Below, one piece after another: positions 28,364 through 42,534 of a DNA stretch of 64,000 bases (positions within the stretch are counted from its first letter, which is position 1; each line of letters opens with the position of its first letter). The position numbers were made by a program, and so were the translations under genes. The notes beneath the pieces were generated by a model. The model did not search any database, was not told where the DNA came from, and was given only the letters and a program-made list of their open reading frames with translations. Where the stretch lies: assembly GCF_009914755.1 (NCBI RefSeq), contig NC_060948.1. One strand, given 5' to 3'. This DNA comes from the human T2T-CHM13v2.0 reference genome, Homo sapiens.

Positions 28364-31300
28364 GGAATGTAGTGTAATGGACAGGCCTGGAATAAAGTGG
28401 AATGCTACGGTCTCGAGTGGAATAAAAATGTATGGATTGGAATGCAATGAAACGGAATCGAATGTCATAGAATGTAATGGAATGCAAAAAAATGGAATCC
28501 GAAATCATTGACTGGAAAGGCTGGGTGTCGAAAGGAATTGACTCCAATGGAATGGAATCGAATGGAATGGAAGTGAATAGAATCGAACTAAATCGAATGG
28601 AATGGAATTGATAGGAACGGAATGGAAAGGAATGCAATGATTTGGCACGGAATGGAATCGAATGGCATCGAATGGAATGGAATGGAATGCAGTGGAATGG
28701 AATGTATTAGAATGTAATGAACTTTAATGGAATGTACTCGAAAGGATTTGACTGGAATGGAATGTTCTGGAAGTGAATGGACTCCAATGGAATGGATTCG
28801 AAAGGAATGGAATCGTACGGAATGGAATCTAATGGAATGGAATTAAATGGAAATGAATCAAATTGAATAGCACGGAATTGAATTGAATGGAATGGAATGC
28901 AATGGAATCTAATGAAACGGAAAGGAAAGGAATGCAATGGAATGGAATGGGCTGGAATGGAAAGGAATCGAAACGAATGGAATGGAATCGAACTGAAGAG
29001 ACTGGAATGGAATGCACTGGAATGGAAGGGAGTGTAATGGAAGGTTCTCGAAAAAAATGGAATCGAATGGAATGGAATTGAGTGGAACGGAATAGAGTCG
29101 AATGGAATTGAATGGAATGGAATGGACTAGAGTGAAATGGAATCGAACCACAAGGAATGGACAGGAATAGAATGGTCTCGAATTGAATGGAATCGTATGG
29201 AATGGCATCAAACGGAATGGAATGGACAGCCACGGAATGGAATGCACTCGAATGCAATGGAGTCGAAACTAATGGACTGGAATAGAATGGACTCGACTGG
29301 TACGGACTCCAATGGAATGGAATCGAATGGAAGGGAATCGAACGGAATGGACTCGAAGGGAAAAGACTGCAATGGAACGGTCTCGAATGGAATGGAAATT
29401 AATGGAATGGAATGGAATCGAATGAAATGGAGTCAAAAGGAATGGAATCGAATGGCAAGAAATCGAATGTAATGGAATCGCAAGGAATTGATATGGACGG
29501 AACGGAATGGAATGGAATCCAAAGGAATGGAATAGAATGGAATGGAATCGAATGGAAAGGACTCGAATGGAAATCACTCGAATAGAATGCAATTTAATAA
29601 AATAGGATCAAATGTAATGGAATGGAATGGAAAGGAATCGAAACGAAAGGAATGGAGACAGATGGAATGGAATGGAACAGATAGCAATGGTATACAATGG
29701 AATGGAATCATCTGGAATGGAATTGAATGGAATGGAATAATATGAAATGGAATGGAATGGAATGGAATGGAATGGAATGCCCTTGAATTAAATGGACTGG
29801 ACTCGAACAGAGTGGAATGGAAAGTGTTGAGATAGAATGGAATGGACTCCTTTGGAATGGTCTAGTATGCAATGCAATCGACTGGCAGGGAATCAAAAGG
29901 AATGTAATGGAATGGATTGGACTGGAATGCAATGGACTCGAATAGATTGGAAACGGAATGCAAAGGAATGGAATGGAATAGTATGGAATGGAATGGAAAG
30001 GAATGGAGTGGAATAGACTAGAGTGGAATGGAATGGACTGGAAAGCAATGGACTGGAATGAAACTTTCTTGAATGGACTGGAATCAAACGGAATGGAATG
30101 CAATGCAATCAAATGGCATGGAATAAGTTAGAATGAAAGAGAATCAAATGGAATTGAATCGAATGGAATCGAATGGATTGGAAAGGAAGAGAATGGAATG
30201 GAATGGAATTGACTCAAATGGAATGGACTAGAATGGAATGGATTCGAATGGAAGGCAAAGGAATGGAATCTATTGGAATGGACTGTAATGGAATGGAATG
30301 GAAGGGATTGGAATGGACTCGAATGGAATGGACTGCAATAGAAAGGATTCGAATGGAATGAAAAAGAATTGAATGGAATAGAACAGAATGGAATCAAATC
30401 GAATGAAATGGAATGGAATAGAAAGGAATGGAATGAAATGGAATGGAAAGGATTCGAATGGAATGCAATCGAATGGAATGGAATCGAACGGAATGGAATA
30501 AAATGGAAGAAAACTGGCAAGAAATGGAATCGAAATGAATGGAGTGTTATGGAACGGACTCAAAAGGAATTGAATGTAATAGAATGGAGTGGAGTGAACT
30601 CGAATATAATGGACTGGAATGGAATGAAATCACATGGAATGGGAACGAATGGAATGGAATGGAAAGGAATGGAATCGAATGGAAAGGAATCGAACGGAAG
30701 GGAATGAAATTGAATCAACAGGAATGGAAGGGAATAGAATAGACTGTAATGGAATGGACACGAATAGAATGGACACGAATACTCAAATTGAATGGACTCG
30801 AATGGAATGGAAAGGAAAGGAAAGTCATCGAATGGAATTGAATCGATTGGAATGAAATCGCATAGAATGGAGTGGAATCAAATGGAATTGAATCGAAAGG
30901 AAAGGAAGCGAATGGACTGAAATGAAATGGAATGGAATGGAATGGAAAGTAATGCAATGGAATAGAATGGAAAGAAATTTCACGGAATGGAATCAAACTG
31001 AATGGAATCAAATCAATGGAATCTAATCAAATGGAATGGAAAGGAATTGAATGGAGTATATTGGATTGGATGGGATTGGAATGAAATGTACTGGAAAGGA
31101 CTCGAATTTCATGAAACGGAATGGAATGAATTGGAACGGAATGGACTCGAATGGAATGGAATGACATGGAATGGCATCAAATGGAATGGCATCAAATGGA
31201 ATGGAATCGAATACAATGGAATGCTATGGAATGGAATGGAATGCATTGGAATGGAATGTCCTCTAATGGAATGGATTCGAGTGGAATGGAATCGAATATA

Positions 31301-31917
31301 ATGGAGTCGAATGAAATGGAATTGAAAGGAATGGGATCGAATAGAATGGAATATACTGGAATGTAATGTAATGAACTCGAATGTAATTGACTGGAATGGA
31401 ATGTACATGAATGGAATGTAATCGAATGGAAAGTAATCCAATGGAATAGAATCTAATGCAATAAAATCGACTCAGATAGAGTAGAATGTAATGGAATGGA
31501 GTGCAGTGCAATGGAATGGAATGGAATGGAATGCAATGGAATGGAATGGAATGGAATGGAATGGGATGGAATGGGGTGGAATGGTATGGAATGGATAGTA
31601 ATGGACTGGAGTGAAATGGACTGGAAAGGAATGGACTCAAATTGAAAGGGCTCGAAAGGAATGGAGACAAATGAAATGGTCTGGAATGGAATGAACACGA
31701 ATGTAATGCAATCCAATAGAATGGAGTCGAATGGCATGGAATATAAAGAAATGGAATCGAAGAGAATGGAAACAAATGGAATGGAATTGAATGGAATGGA
31801 ATTGAATGGAATGGGAACGAATGGAGTGAAATTGTATGCAGTAGAAGAGAATAGAATGGAATGCAAGCGAAAGGAAAGGAATGGATTGGAATGGAATGGA
31901 ATTCATTGGAATGGAAG
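28364..31917 (+). repeat. Unit 9 (3554 bp), subtype B2
   Basis: Shares B2 variants with unit 7; one extra GGAAT near 29760. Confidence 0.85.
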
Positions 31918-34900
31918 GGAATGTAGTGTAATGGACAGGCCTGGAATAAAGTGGAATGCTACGGTCTCAAATAGAATAAAAATGTATGGAATGGAATGCA
32001 ATGAAACGGAATCGAATGTCATAGAATGTAATGGAATGCAAAAAAATGGAATCCAAAATCATTGACTGGAAAGGCTGGGTGTCGAAAGGAATTGACTCCA
32101 ATGGAATGGAATCGAATGGAATGGAAGTGAATAGAATCGAACTAAATCGAATGGAATGGAATTGATAGGAACGGAATGGAAAGGAATGCAATGATTTGGC
32201 ATGGAATGGAATCGAATGGCATCGAATGGAATGGAATGGAATGCAATGGAATGGAATGTATTAGAATGTAATGAACTTTAATGGAATGTACTCGAATGGA
32301 TTCGACTGGAATGGAATGTTCTGGAAGTGAATGGACTCCAATGGAATGGATTCAAAAGGAATGGAATCGTACGGAATGGAATCTAATGGAATGGAATTAA
32401 ATGGAAATGAATCAAATTGAATAGCACGGAATTGAATTGAATGGAATCTAATGAAACGGAAAGGAAAGGAATGGAATGGAATGGAATGGGCTGGAATGGA
32501 AAGGAATCGAAACGAATGGAATGGAATCGAACTGAAGAGACTGGAATGGAATGCACTGGAATGGAAGGGAGTGTAATGGAAGGTTCTCGAAAAAAATGGA
32601 ATCGAATGGAATGGAATTGAATGGAACGGAATAGAGTCGAATGGAATTGAATGGAATGGAATGGACTAGAGTGAAATGGAATCGAACCACAAGGAATGGA
32701 CAGGAATAGAATGGTCTCGAATTGAATGGAATCGTATGGAATGGCATCAAACGGAATGGAATGGACAGCCACGGAATGGAATGCACTCGAATGCAATGGA
32801 GTCGAAACTAATGGACTGGAATAGAATGGACTCGACTGGTACGGACTCCAATGGAATGGAATCGAATGGAAGGGAATCGAACGGAATGGACTCGAAGGGA
32901 AAAGACTGCAATGGAAAGGTCTCGAATGGAATGGAAATTAATGGAATGGAATGGAATCGAATGAAATGGAGTCAAAAGGAATGGAATCGAATGGCAAGAA
33001 ATCAAATGTAATGGAATCGCAAGGAATTGATGTGAACGGAACGGAATGGAATGGAATCCAAAGGAATGGAATAGAATGGAATGGAATCGAATGGAAAGGA
33101 CTCGAATGGAAATCACTCGAATAGAATGCAATTTAATAAAATAGGATCAAATGTAATGGAATGGAATGGAAAGGAATCGAAACGAAAGGAATGGAGACCG
33201 ATGGAATGGAATGGAACAGAGAGCAATGGTATAGAATGGAATGGAATCATCTGGAATGGAATTGAATGGAATGGAATAATATGAAATGGAATGGAATGGA
33301 ATGGAATGGAATGCCCTTGAATTAAATGGACTGGAATGGAATGGACTCGAACAGAGTGGAATGGAAAGTGTTGAGATAGAATGGAATGGACTCCTTTGGA
33401 ATGGTGTAGTATGCAATGTAATCGACTGGCAGGGAATCAAAAGGAATGTAATCGAATGGATTGGACTGGAATGCAATGGACTCGAATAGATTGGAAACGG
33501 AATGCAAAGGAATGGAATGGAATAGTATGGAATGGAATGGAAAGGAATGGAGTGGAATAGACTAGAGTGGAATGGAATGGACTGGAAAGCAATGGACTGG
33601 AATGGAACTTTCTTGAATGGACTGGAATCAAACGGAATGGAATGCAATGCAATCAAATGGCATGGAATAAAATAGAATGAAAGAGAATCAAATGGAATTG
33701 AATCGAATGGAATCGAAAGGATTGGAAAGGAATAGAATGGAATGGAATGGAATTGACTCAAATGGAATGGACTAGAATGGAATGGATTCGAATGGAAGGC
33801 AAAGGAATGGAATCTATTGGAATGGAATGTAATGGAATGGAATGGAAGGGATTGGAATGGACTCGAATGGAATGGACTGCAATAGAAAGGATTCGAATGG
33901 AATGAAAAAGAATTGAATGGAATAGAACAGAATGGAATCAAATCGAATGAAATGGAATGGAATAGAAAGGAATGGAATGAAATGGAATGGAAAGGATTCG
34001 AATGGAATGCAATCGAATGGAATGGAATCGAACGGAATGGAATAAAATGGAAGAAAACTGGCAAGAAATGGAATCGAAATGAATGGAGTGTTATGGAACG
34101 GACTCAAAAGGAATTGAATGTAATAGAATGGAGTGGAGTGGACTCGAATATAATGGACTGGAATGGAATGAAATCACATGGAATGGGAACGAATGGAATG
34201 GAATGGAAAGGAATGGAATCGAATGGAAAGGAATCGAATGGAAGGGAATGAAATTGAATCAACAGGAATGGAAGGGAATAGAATAGACGGTAATGGAATG
34301 GACTCGAATAGAATGGACACGAATGCTCAAATTGAATGGACTCGAAAGGAATGGAAAGGAAAGGAATGTCATCGAATGGAATTGAATCGATTGGAATGAA
34401 ATCGCATAGAATGGAGTGGAATCAAATGGAATTGAATCGAAAGGAAAGGAAGCGAATGGACTGAAATGAAATGGAATGGAATTGAATGGAAAGTAATGCA
34501 ATGGAATAGAATGGAACGAAATTTCACGGAATGGAATCAAACTGAATGGAATCAAATCAATGGAATCTAATCAAATGGAATGGAAAGGAATTGAATGGAG
34601 TAGATTGGATTGGATGGGATTAGAATGAAATGTACTGGAAAGGACTCGAATTTCATGAAACGGAATGGAATGAATTGGAACGGAATGGACTCGAATGGAA
34701 TGGAATGTCATCGAATGGCATCAAGTGGAATGGCATCAAATGGAATGGAATCGAATGCAATGGAATGCTATGGAATGGAATGGAATGCATTGGAATGGAA
34801 TGTCCTCTAATGGAATGGATTCGAGTGGAATGGAATCGAATATAATGGAGTCGAATGAAATGGAATTGAAAAGAATGGGATCGAATACAATGGAATATAC

Positions 34901-35451
34901 TGGAATGTAATGTAATGAACTCGAATGTAATTGACTGGAATGGAATGTACATGAATGGAATGTAATCGAATGGAAAGTAATCCAATGGAATAGAATGTAA
35001 TGCAATAAAATCGACTCAGATAGAGTAGAATGTAATGGAATGGAGTGCAGTGCAATGGAATGGAATGGAATGGAATGCAGTGGAATGGAATGGAATGGAA
35101 TGGAATGGGATGGAATGGTATGGAATGGATAGTAATGGACTGGAGTGAAATGGACTGGAAAGGAATGGACTCAAATTGAAAGGGCTCGAAAGGAATGGAG
35201 ACAAATGGAATGGTCTGGAATGGAATGAACACGAATGTAATGCAATCCAATAGAATGGAGTCGAATGGCAGGGAATATAAAGAAATGGAATCGAAGAGAA
35301 TGGAAACAAATGGAATGGAATTGAATGGAATGGAATTGAATGGAATGGGAACGAATGGAGTGAAATTGTATGCAGTAGAAGAGAATAGAATGGAATGCAA
35401 GCGAAAGGAAAGGAATGGATTGGAATGGAATGGAATTCATTGGAATGGAAG
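31918..35451 (+). repeat. Unit 10 (3534 bp), subtype B (first ~1.3 kb like unit 8)
   Basis: CTCAAATAGA, AAGAAATCAA and GAGACCGAT as in unit 8; B1 variants largely lost after ~33350; 15 bp deletion ~32445. Confidence 0.8.
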
Positions 35452-38400
35452 GGAATGTAGTGTAATGGACAGGCCTGGAATAAAGTGGAATGCTACGGTC
35501 TCGAATGGAATAAAAATGTATGGAATGGAATGCAATGAAACGGAATCGAATGTCATAGAATGTAATGGAATGCAAAAAAATGGAATCCAAAATCATTGAC
35601 TGGAAAGGCTGGGTGTCGAAAGGAATTGACTCCAATGGAATGGAATCGAATGGAATGGAAGTGAATAGAATGGAACTAAATCGAATGGAATGGAATTCAT
35701 AGGAACGGAATGGAAAGGAATGCAATGATTTGGCATGGAATGGAATCGAATGGCATCGAATGGAATGGAATGGAATGCAATGGAATGGAATGTATTAGAA
35801 TGTAATGAACTTTAATGGAATGTACTCGAATGGATTCGACTGGAATGGAATGTTCTCGAAGTGAATGGACTCCAATGGAATGGATTCGAAAGGAATGGAA
35901 TCTAATGGAATGGAATTAAATGGAAATGAATCAAATTGAATAGAACGGAATTGAATTGAATGGAATCGAATGCAATGGAATCTAATGAAACGGAAAGGAA
36001 AGGAATGGAATGGATTGGAATGGAATGGGCTGGAATGGAATGGAATCGAAACGAATGGAATGGAATCGAACTGAAGAGACTGGAATGGAATGCACTGGAA
36101 TGGAAGGGAATGTAATGGAAGGTTCTCGAAAAAAATGGAATCGAAAGGAATGGAATTGAATGGAACGGAATAGAGTCGAATGGAATTCAATGGAATGGAA
36201 TGGACTAGAGTGAAATGGAATCGAACCACAAGGAATGGACAGGAATAGAATGGTCTCGAATTGAATGGAATCGTATGGAATGGCATCAATCGGAATGGAA
36301 TGGACAGCCACGGAATGGAATGGACACCCACGGAATGGAATGCACTCGAATGCAATGGAGTCGACACTAATGGACTGGAATAGAATGGACTCGACTGATA
36401 CGGACTCCAATGGAATGGAATCGAATGGAAGGGAATCGAACGGAATGGACTCGAAGGAAAAAGACTGCAATGGAAAGGTGTCCAATGGAATGGAAATTAA
36501 TGGAATGGAATGGAATCGAATGAAATGGAGTCAAAAGGAATGGAATCGAATGGCAAGAAATCGAATGTAATGGAATCGCAAGGAATTGATGTGAACGGAA
36601 CGGAATGGAATGGAATCCAAAGGAATGGAATAGAATGGAATGGAATCGAATGGAAAGGACTCGAATGGACATCACTCGAATAGAATGCAATTTAATAAAA
36701 TAGGATCAAATGTAATGGAATGGAATGGAAAGGAATCGAAACGAAAGGAATGGAGACAGATGGAATGGAATGGAACAGAGAGCAATGGTATAGAATGGAA
36801 TGGAATCATCTGGAATGGAATTGAATGGAATGGAATAATATGAAATGGAAAGGAATGGAATGGAATGCCCTTGAATTAAATGGACTGGAATGGAATGGAC
36901 TCGAACAGAGTGGAATGGAAAGTGTTGAAATAGAATGGAATGGACTCGTTTGGAATGGTCTAGTATGCAATGCAATCGACTGGCAGGGAATCAAAAGGAA
37001 TGTAATCGAATGGATTGGACTGGAATGCAATGGACTCGAATAGATTGGAAACGGAAAGCAAAGGAATGGAATGGAATAGTATGGAATGGAATGGAAAGGA
37101 ATGGAGTGGAATAGACTAGAGTGGAATGGAATGGACTCGAAAGCAATGGACTGGAATGGAACTTTCTTGAATGGACTGGAATCAAACGGAATGGAATGCA
37201 ATGCAATCAAATGGCATGGAATAAAATAGAATGAAAGAGAATGAAATGGAATTGAATCGAATGGAATCGAATGGATTGGAAAGGAATAGAATGGAATGGA
37301 ATGGAATTGACTCAAATGGAATGGACTAGAATGGAATGGATTCGAATGGAAGGCAAAGGAATGGAATCTATTGGAATGGACTGTAATGGAATGGAATGGA
37401 AGGGATTGGAATGGACTCGAATGGAATGGACTGCAATAGAAAGGATTCGAATGGAATGAAAAAGAATTGAATGGAATAGAACAGAATGGAATCAAATCGA
37501 ATGAAATGGAATGGAATAGAAAGGAATGGAATGAAATGGAATGGAAAGGATTCGAATGGAATGCAATCGAATGGAATGGAATCGAACGGAATGGAATAAA
37601 ATGGAAGAAAACTGGCAAGAAATGGAGTCGAAATGAATGGAGTGTTATGGAACCGACTCAAAAGGAATTGAATGTAATAGAATGGAGTGGAGTGGACTCG
37701 AATATAATGGACTGGAATGGAATGAAATCACATGGAATGGGAACGAATGGAATGGAATGGAAAGGAATGGAATAGAATGGAAAGGAATCGAATGGAAGGG
37801 AATGAAATTGAATCAACAGGAATGGAAGGGAGTAGAATAGACGGTAATGTAATGGACTCGAATAGAATGGACACGAATGCTCAAATTGAATGGACTCGAA
37901 TGGAATGGAAACGAAAGGAATGTCATCGAATGGAATTGAATCGATTGGAATGAAATCACATAGAATGGAGTGGAATCAAATGGAATTGAATCGAAAGGAA
38001 AGGAAGCGAATGGACTGAAATGAAATGGAATGGAATTGAATGGAAAGTAATGCAATGGAATAGAATGGTACGAAATTTCACGGAATGGAATCAAACTGAA
38101 TGGAATCAAATCAATGGAATCTAATCAAAGGGAATGGAAAGGAATTGAATGGAGTAGATTGGATTGGATGGGATTGGAATGAAATGTACTGGAAAGGACT
38201 CGAATTTCATGAAACGGAATGGAATGAATTGGAACGGAATGGACTCGAATGGAATGGAATGTCATCGAATGGCATCAAATGGAATGGCATCAAATGGAAT
38301 GGAATCGAATGCAATGGAATGCTATGGAATGGAATGGAATGCATTGGAATGGAATGTCCTCTAATGGAATGGATTCGAGTGGAATGGAATCGAATATAAT

Positions 38401-39005
38401 GGAGTCGAATGAAATGGAATTGAAAAGAATGGGATCGAATACAATGGAATATACTGGAATGTAATGTAATGAACTCGAATGTAATTGACTGGAATGGAAT
38501 GTACATGAATGGAATGTAATCGAATGGAAAGTAATCCAATGGAATAGAATGTAATGCAATAAAATCGACTCAGATAGAGTAGAATGTAATGGAATGGAGT
38601 GCAGTGCAATGGAATGGAATGGAATGGAATGCAATGGAATGGAATGGAATGGAATGGAATGGGATGGAATGGTATGGAATGGATAGTAATGGACTGGAGT
38701 GAAATGGACTGGAAAGGAATGGACTCAAATTGAAAGGGCTCGAAAGGAATGGAGACAAATGGAATGGTCTGGAATGGAATGAACACGAATGTAATGCAAT
38801 CCAATAGAATGGAGTCGAATGGCATGGAATATAAAGAAATGGAATCGAAGAGAATGGAAACAAATGGAATGGAATTGGATGGAATGGAATTGAATGGAAT
38901 GGGAACGAATGGAGTGAAATTGTATGCAGTAGAAGAGAATAGAATGGAATGCAAGCGAAAGGAAAGGAATGGATTGGAATGGAATGGAATTCATTGGAAT
39001 GGAAG
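35452..39005 (+). repeat. Unit 11 (3554 bp), B-A-B chimera
   Basis: GGAATCCAAA (B) at ~35582; A markers ~35670-37960; B from AAAGTAATGC at ~38045. Confidence 0.8.
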
Positions 39006-42000
39006 GGAATGTAGTGTAATGGACAGGCCTGGAATAAAGTGGAATGCTACGGTCTCGAATGGAATAAAAATGTATGGAATGGAATGCAATGAAACGGAAT
39101 CGAATGTCATAGAATGTAATGGAATGCAAAAAAATGGAATCCAAAATCATTGACTGGAAAGGCTGGGTGTCGAAAGGAATTGACTCCAATGGAATGGAAT
39201 CGAATGGAATGGAAGTGAATAGAATCAAACTAAATCGAATGGAATGGAATTGATAGGAACGGAATGGAAAGGAATGCAATGATTTGGCATGGAATGGAAT
39301 CGAATGGCTTCAAATGGAATGGAATGGAATGCAATGGAATGGAATGTATTAGAATGTAATGAACTTTAATGGAATATACTCGAATGGATTCGACTGGAAT
39401 GGAATGTTCTGGAAGTGAATGGACTCCAATGGAATGGATTCAAAAGGAATGGAATCGTACGGAATGGAATCTAATGGAATGGAATTAAATGGAAATGAAT
39501 CAAATTGAATAGCACGGAATTGAATTGAATGGAATGGAATGCAATGGAATCTAATGAAACGGAAAGGAAAGGAATGCAATGGAATGGAATGGGCTGGAAT
39601 GGAAAGGAATCGAAACGAATGGAATGGAATCGAACTGAAGAGACTGGAATGGAAAGCACTGGAATGGAAGGGAGTGTAATGGAAGGTTCTCGAAAAAAAT
39701 GGAATCGAATGGAATGCAATTGAATGGAACGGAATAGAGTCGAATGCAATTGAATGGAATGGAATGGACTAGAGTGAAATGGAATCGAACTACAAGGAAT
39801 GGACAGGAATAGAATGGTCTCGAATTGAATGGAATCGTATGGAATGGCATCAAACGGAATGGAATGGACAGCCACGGAATGGAATGCACTCGAATGCAAT
39901 GGAGTCGAAACTAATGGACTGGAATAGAATGGACTCGACTGGTAAGGACTCCAAAGGAATGGAATCGAATGGAAGGGAAACGAAGGGAATGGACTCGAAG
40001 GGAAAAGACTGCAATGGAAAGGTCTCGAATGGAATGGAAATTAATGGAATGGAATGGAATCGAATGAAATGGAGGCAAAAGGAATGGAATCGAATGGCAA
40101 GAAATCGAATGTAATGGAATCGCAAGGAATTGATGTGAACGGAACGGAATGGAATGGAATCCAAAGGAATGGAATAGAATGGAATGGAATCGAAAGGAAA
40201 GGACTCGAATGGAAATCACTCGAATAGAATGAAATTTAATAAAATAGGATCAAATGTAATGGAATGGAATGGAAAGTAATCGAAACGAAAGGAATGGAGA
40301 CAGATGGAATGGAATGGAACAGAGAGCAATGGTATAGAATGGAATGGAATCATCTGGAATGGAATTGAATGGAATGGAATAATATGAAATGGAATGGAAT
40401 GGAATGGAATGCCCTTGAATTAAATGGACTGGAATGGAATGGACTCCAACAGAGTGGAATGGAAAGTGTTGAGATAGAATGGAATGGACTCCTTTGGAAT
40501 GGTCTAATATGCAATACAATCGACTGGCAGGGAATCAAAAGGAATGTAATCGAATGGATTGGACTGGAATGCAATGGACTCGAATAGATTGGAAACGGAA
40601 TGCAAAGGAATGGAATGGAATAGTATGGAATGGAATGGAAAGGAATGGAGTGGAATAGACTAGAGTGGAATGGAATGGACTCGAAAGCAATGGACTGGAA
40701 TGGAACTTTCTTGAATGGACTGGAATCAAACGGAATGGAATGCAATGCAATCAAATGACATGGAATAAGATAGAATGAAAGAGAATCAAATGGAATTGAA
40801 TCGAATGGAATCGAATGGATTGGAAAGGAATAGAATGGAATGGAATGGAATTGACTCAAATGGAATGGACTAGAATGGAATGGATTCGAATGGAAGGCAA
40901 AGGAATGGAATCTATTGGAATGGACTGTAATGGAATGCAATGGAAGGGATTGGAATGGACTCGAATGGAATGGACTGCAATAGAAAGGATTCGAATGGAA
41001 TGAAAAAGAATTGAATGGAATAGAACAGAATGGAATCAAATCGAATGAAATGGAATGGAATAGAAAGGAATGGAATGAAATGGAATGGAAAGGATTCGAA
41101 TGGAATGCAATCGAATGGAATGGAATCGAACGGAATGGAATAAAATGGAAGAAAACTGGCAAGAAATGGAATCGAAATGAATGGAGTGTTATGGAACGGA
41201 CTCAAAAGGAATTGAATGTAATAGAATGGAGTGGAGTGGACTCGAATATAATGGACTGGAATGGAATGAAATCACATGGAATGGGAACGAATGGAATGGA
41301 ATGGAAAGGAATGGAATCGAATGGAAAGGAATCGAATGGAAGGGAATGAAATTGAATCAACAGGAATGGAAGGGAATAGAATAGACGGTAATGGAATGGA
41401 CTCGAATAGAATGGACACGAATGCTCAAATTGAATGGACTCGAATGGAATGGAAACGAAAGGAATGTCATCGAATGGAATTGAATCGATTGGAATGAAAT
41501 CACATAGAATGGAGTGGAATCAAATGGAATTGAATCGAAAGGAAAGGAAGCGAATGGACTGAAATGAAATGGAATGGAATTGAATGGAAAGTAATGCAAT
41601 GGAATAGAATGGAACGAAATTTCACGGAATGGAATCAAACTGAATGGAATCAAATCAATGGAATCTAATCAAATGGAATGGAAAGGAATTGAATGGAGTA
41701 GATTGGATTGGATGGGATTGGAATGAAATGTACTGGAAAGGACTCGAATTTCATGAAACGGAATGGAATGAATTGGAACGGAATGGACTCGAATGGAATG
41801 GAATGTCATGGAATGGCATCAAATGGAATGGCATCAAATGGAATGGAATCGAATGCAATGGAATGTTATGGAATGGAATGGAATGCATTGGAATGGAATG
41901 TCCTCTAATGGAATGGATTCGAGTGGAATGGAATCGAATATAATGGAGTCGAATGAAATGGAATTGAAAAGAATGGGATCGAATACAATGGAATATACTG

Positions 42001-42534
42001 GAATGAAATGTAATGAACTCGAATGTAATTGACTGGAATGGAATGTACATGAATGGAATGTAATCGAATGGAAAGTAATCCAATGGAATAGAATCTAATG
42101 CAATAAAATCGACTCAGATAGAGTAGAATGTAATGGAATGGAGTGCAGTGCAATGGAATGGAATGGAATGGAATGCAATGGAATGGAATGGAATGGAATG
42201 GAATGGGATGGAATGGTATGGAATGGATAGTAATGGACTGGAGTGAAATGGACTGGAAAAGAATGGACTCAAATTGAAAGGGCTCGAAAGGAATGGAGTC
42301 AAATGGAATGGTCTGGAATGGAATGAACACGAATGTAATGCAATCCAATAGAATGGAATCGAATGGCATGGAATATAAAGAAATGGAATCGAAGAGAATG
42401 GAAACAAATGGAATGGAATTGAATGGAATGGGAACGAATGGAGTGAAATTGTATGCAGTAGAAGAGAATAGAATGGAATGCAAGCGAAAGGAAAGGAATG
42501 GATTGGAATGGAATGGAATTCATTGGAATGGAAG
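39006..42534 (+). repeat. Unit 12 (3529 bp), subtype B with many private variants
   Basis: CGTAC insertion, single ACAGCC, duplicated GGCATCAAAT; 15 bp deletion ~42420. Confidence 0.8.
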
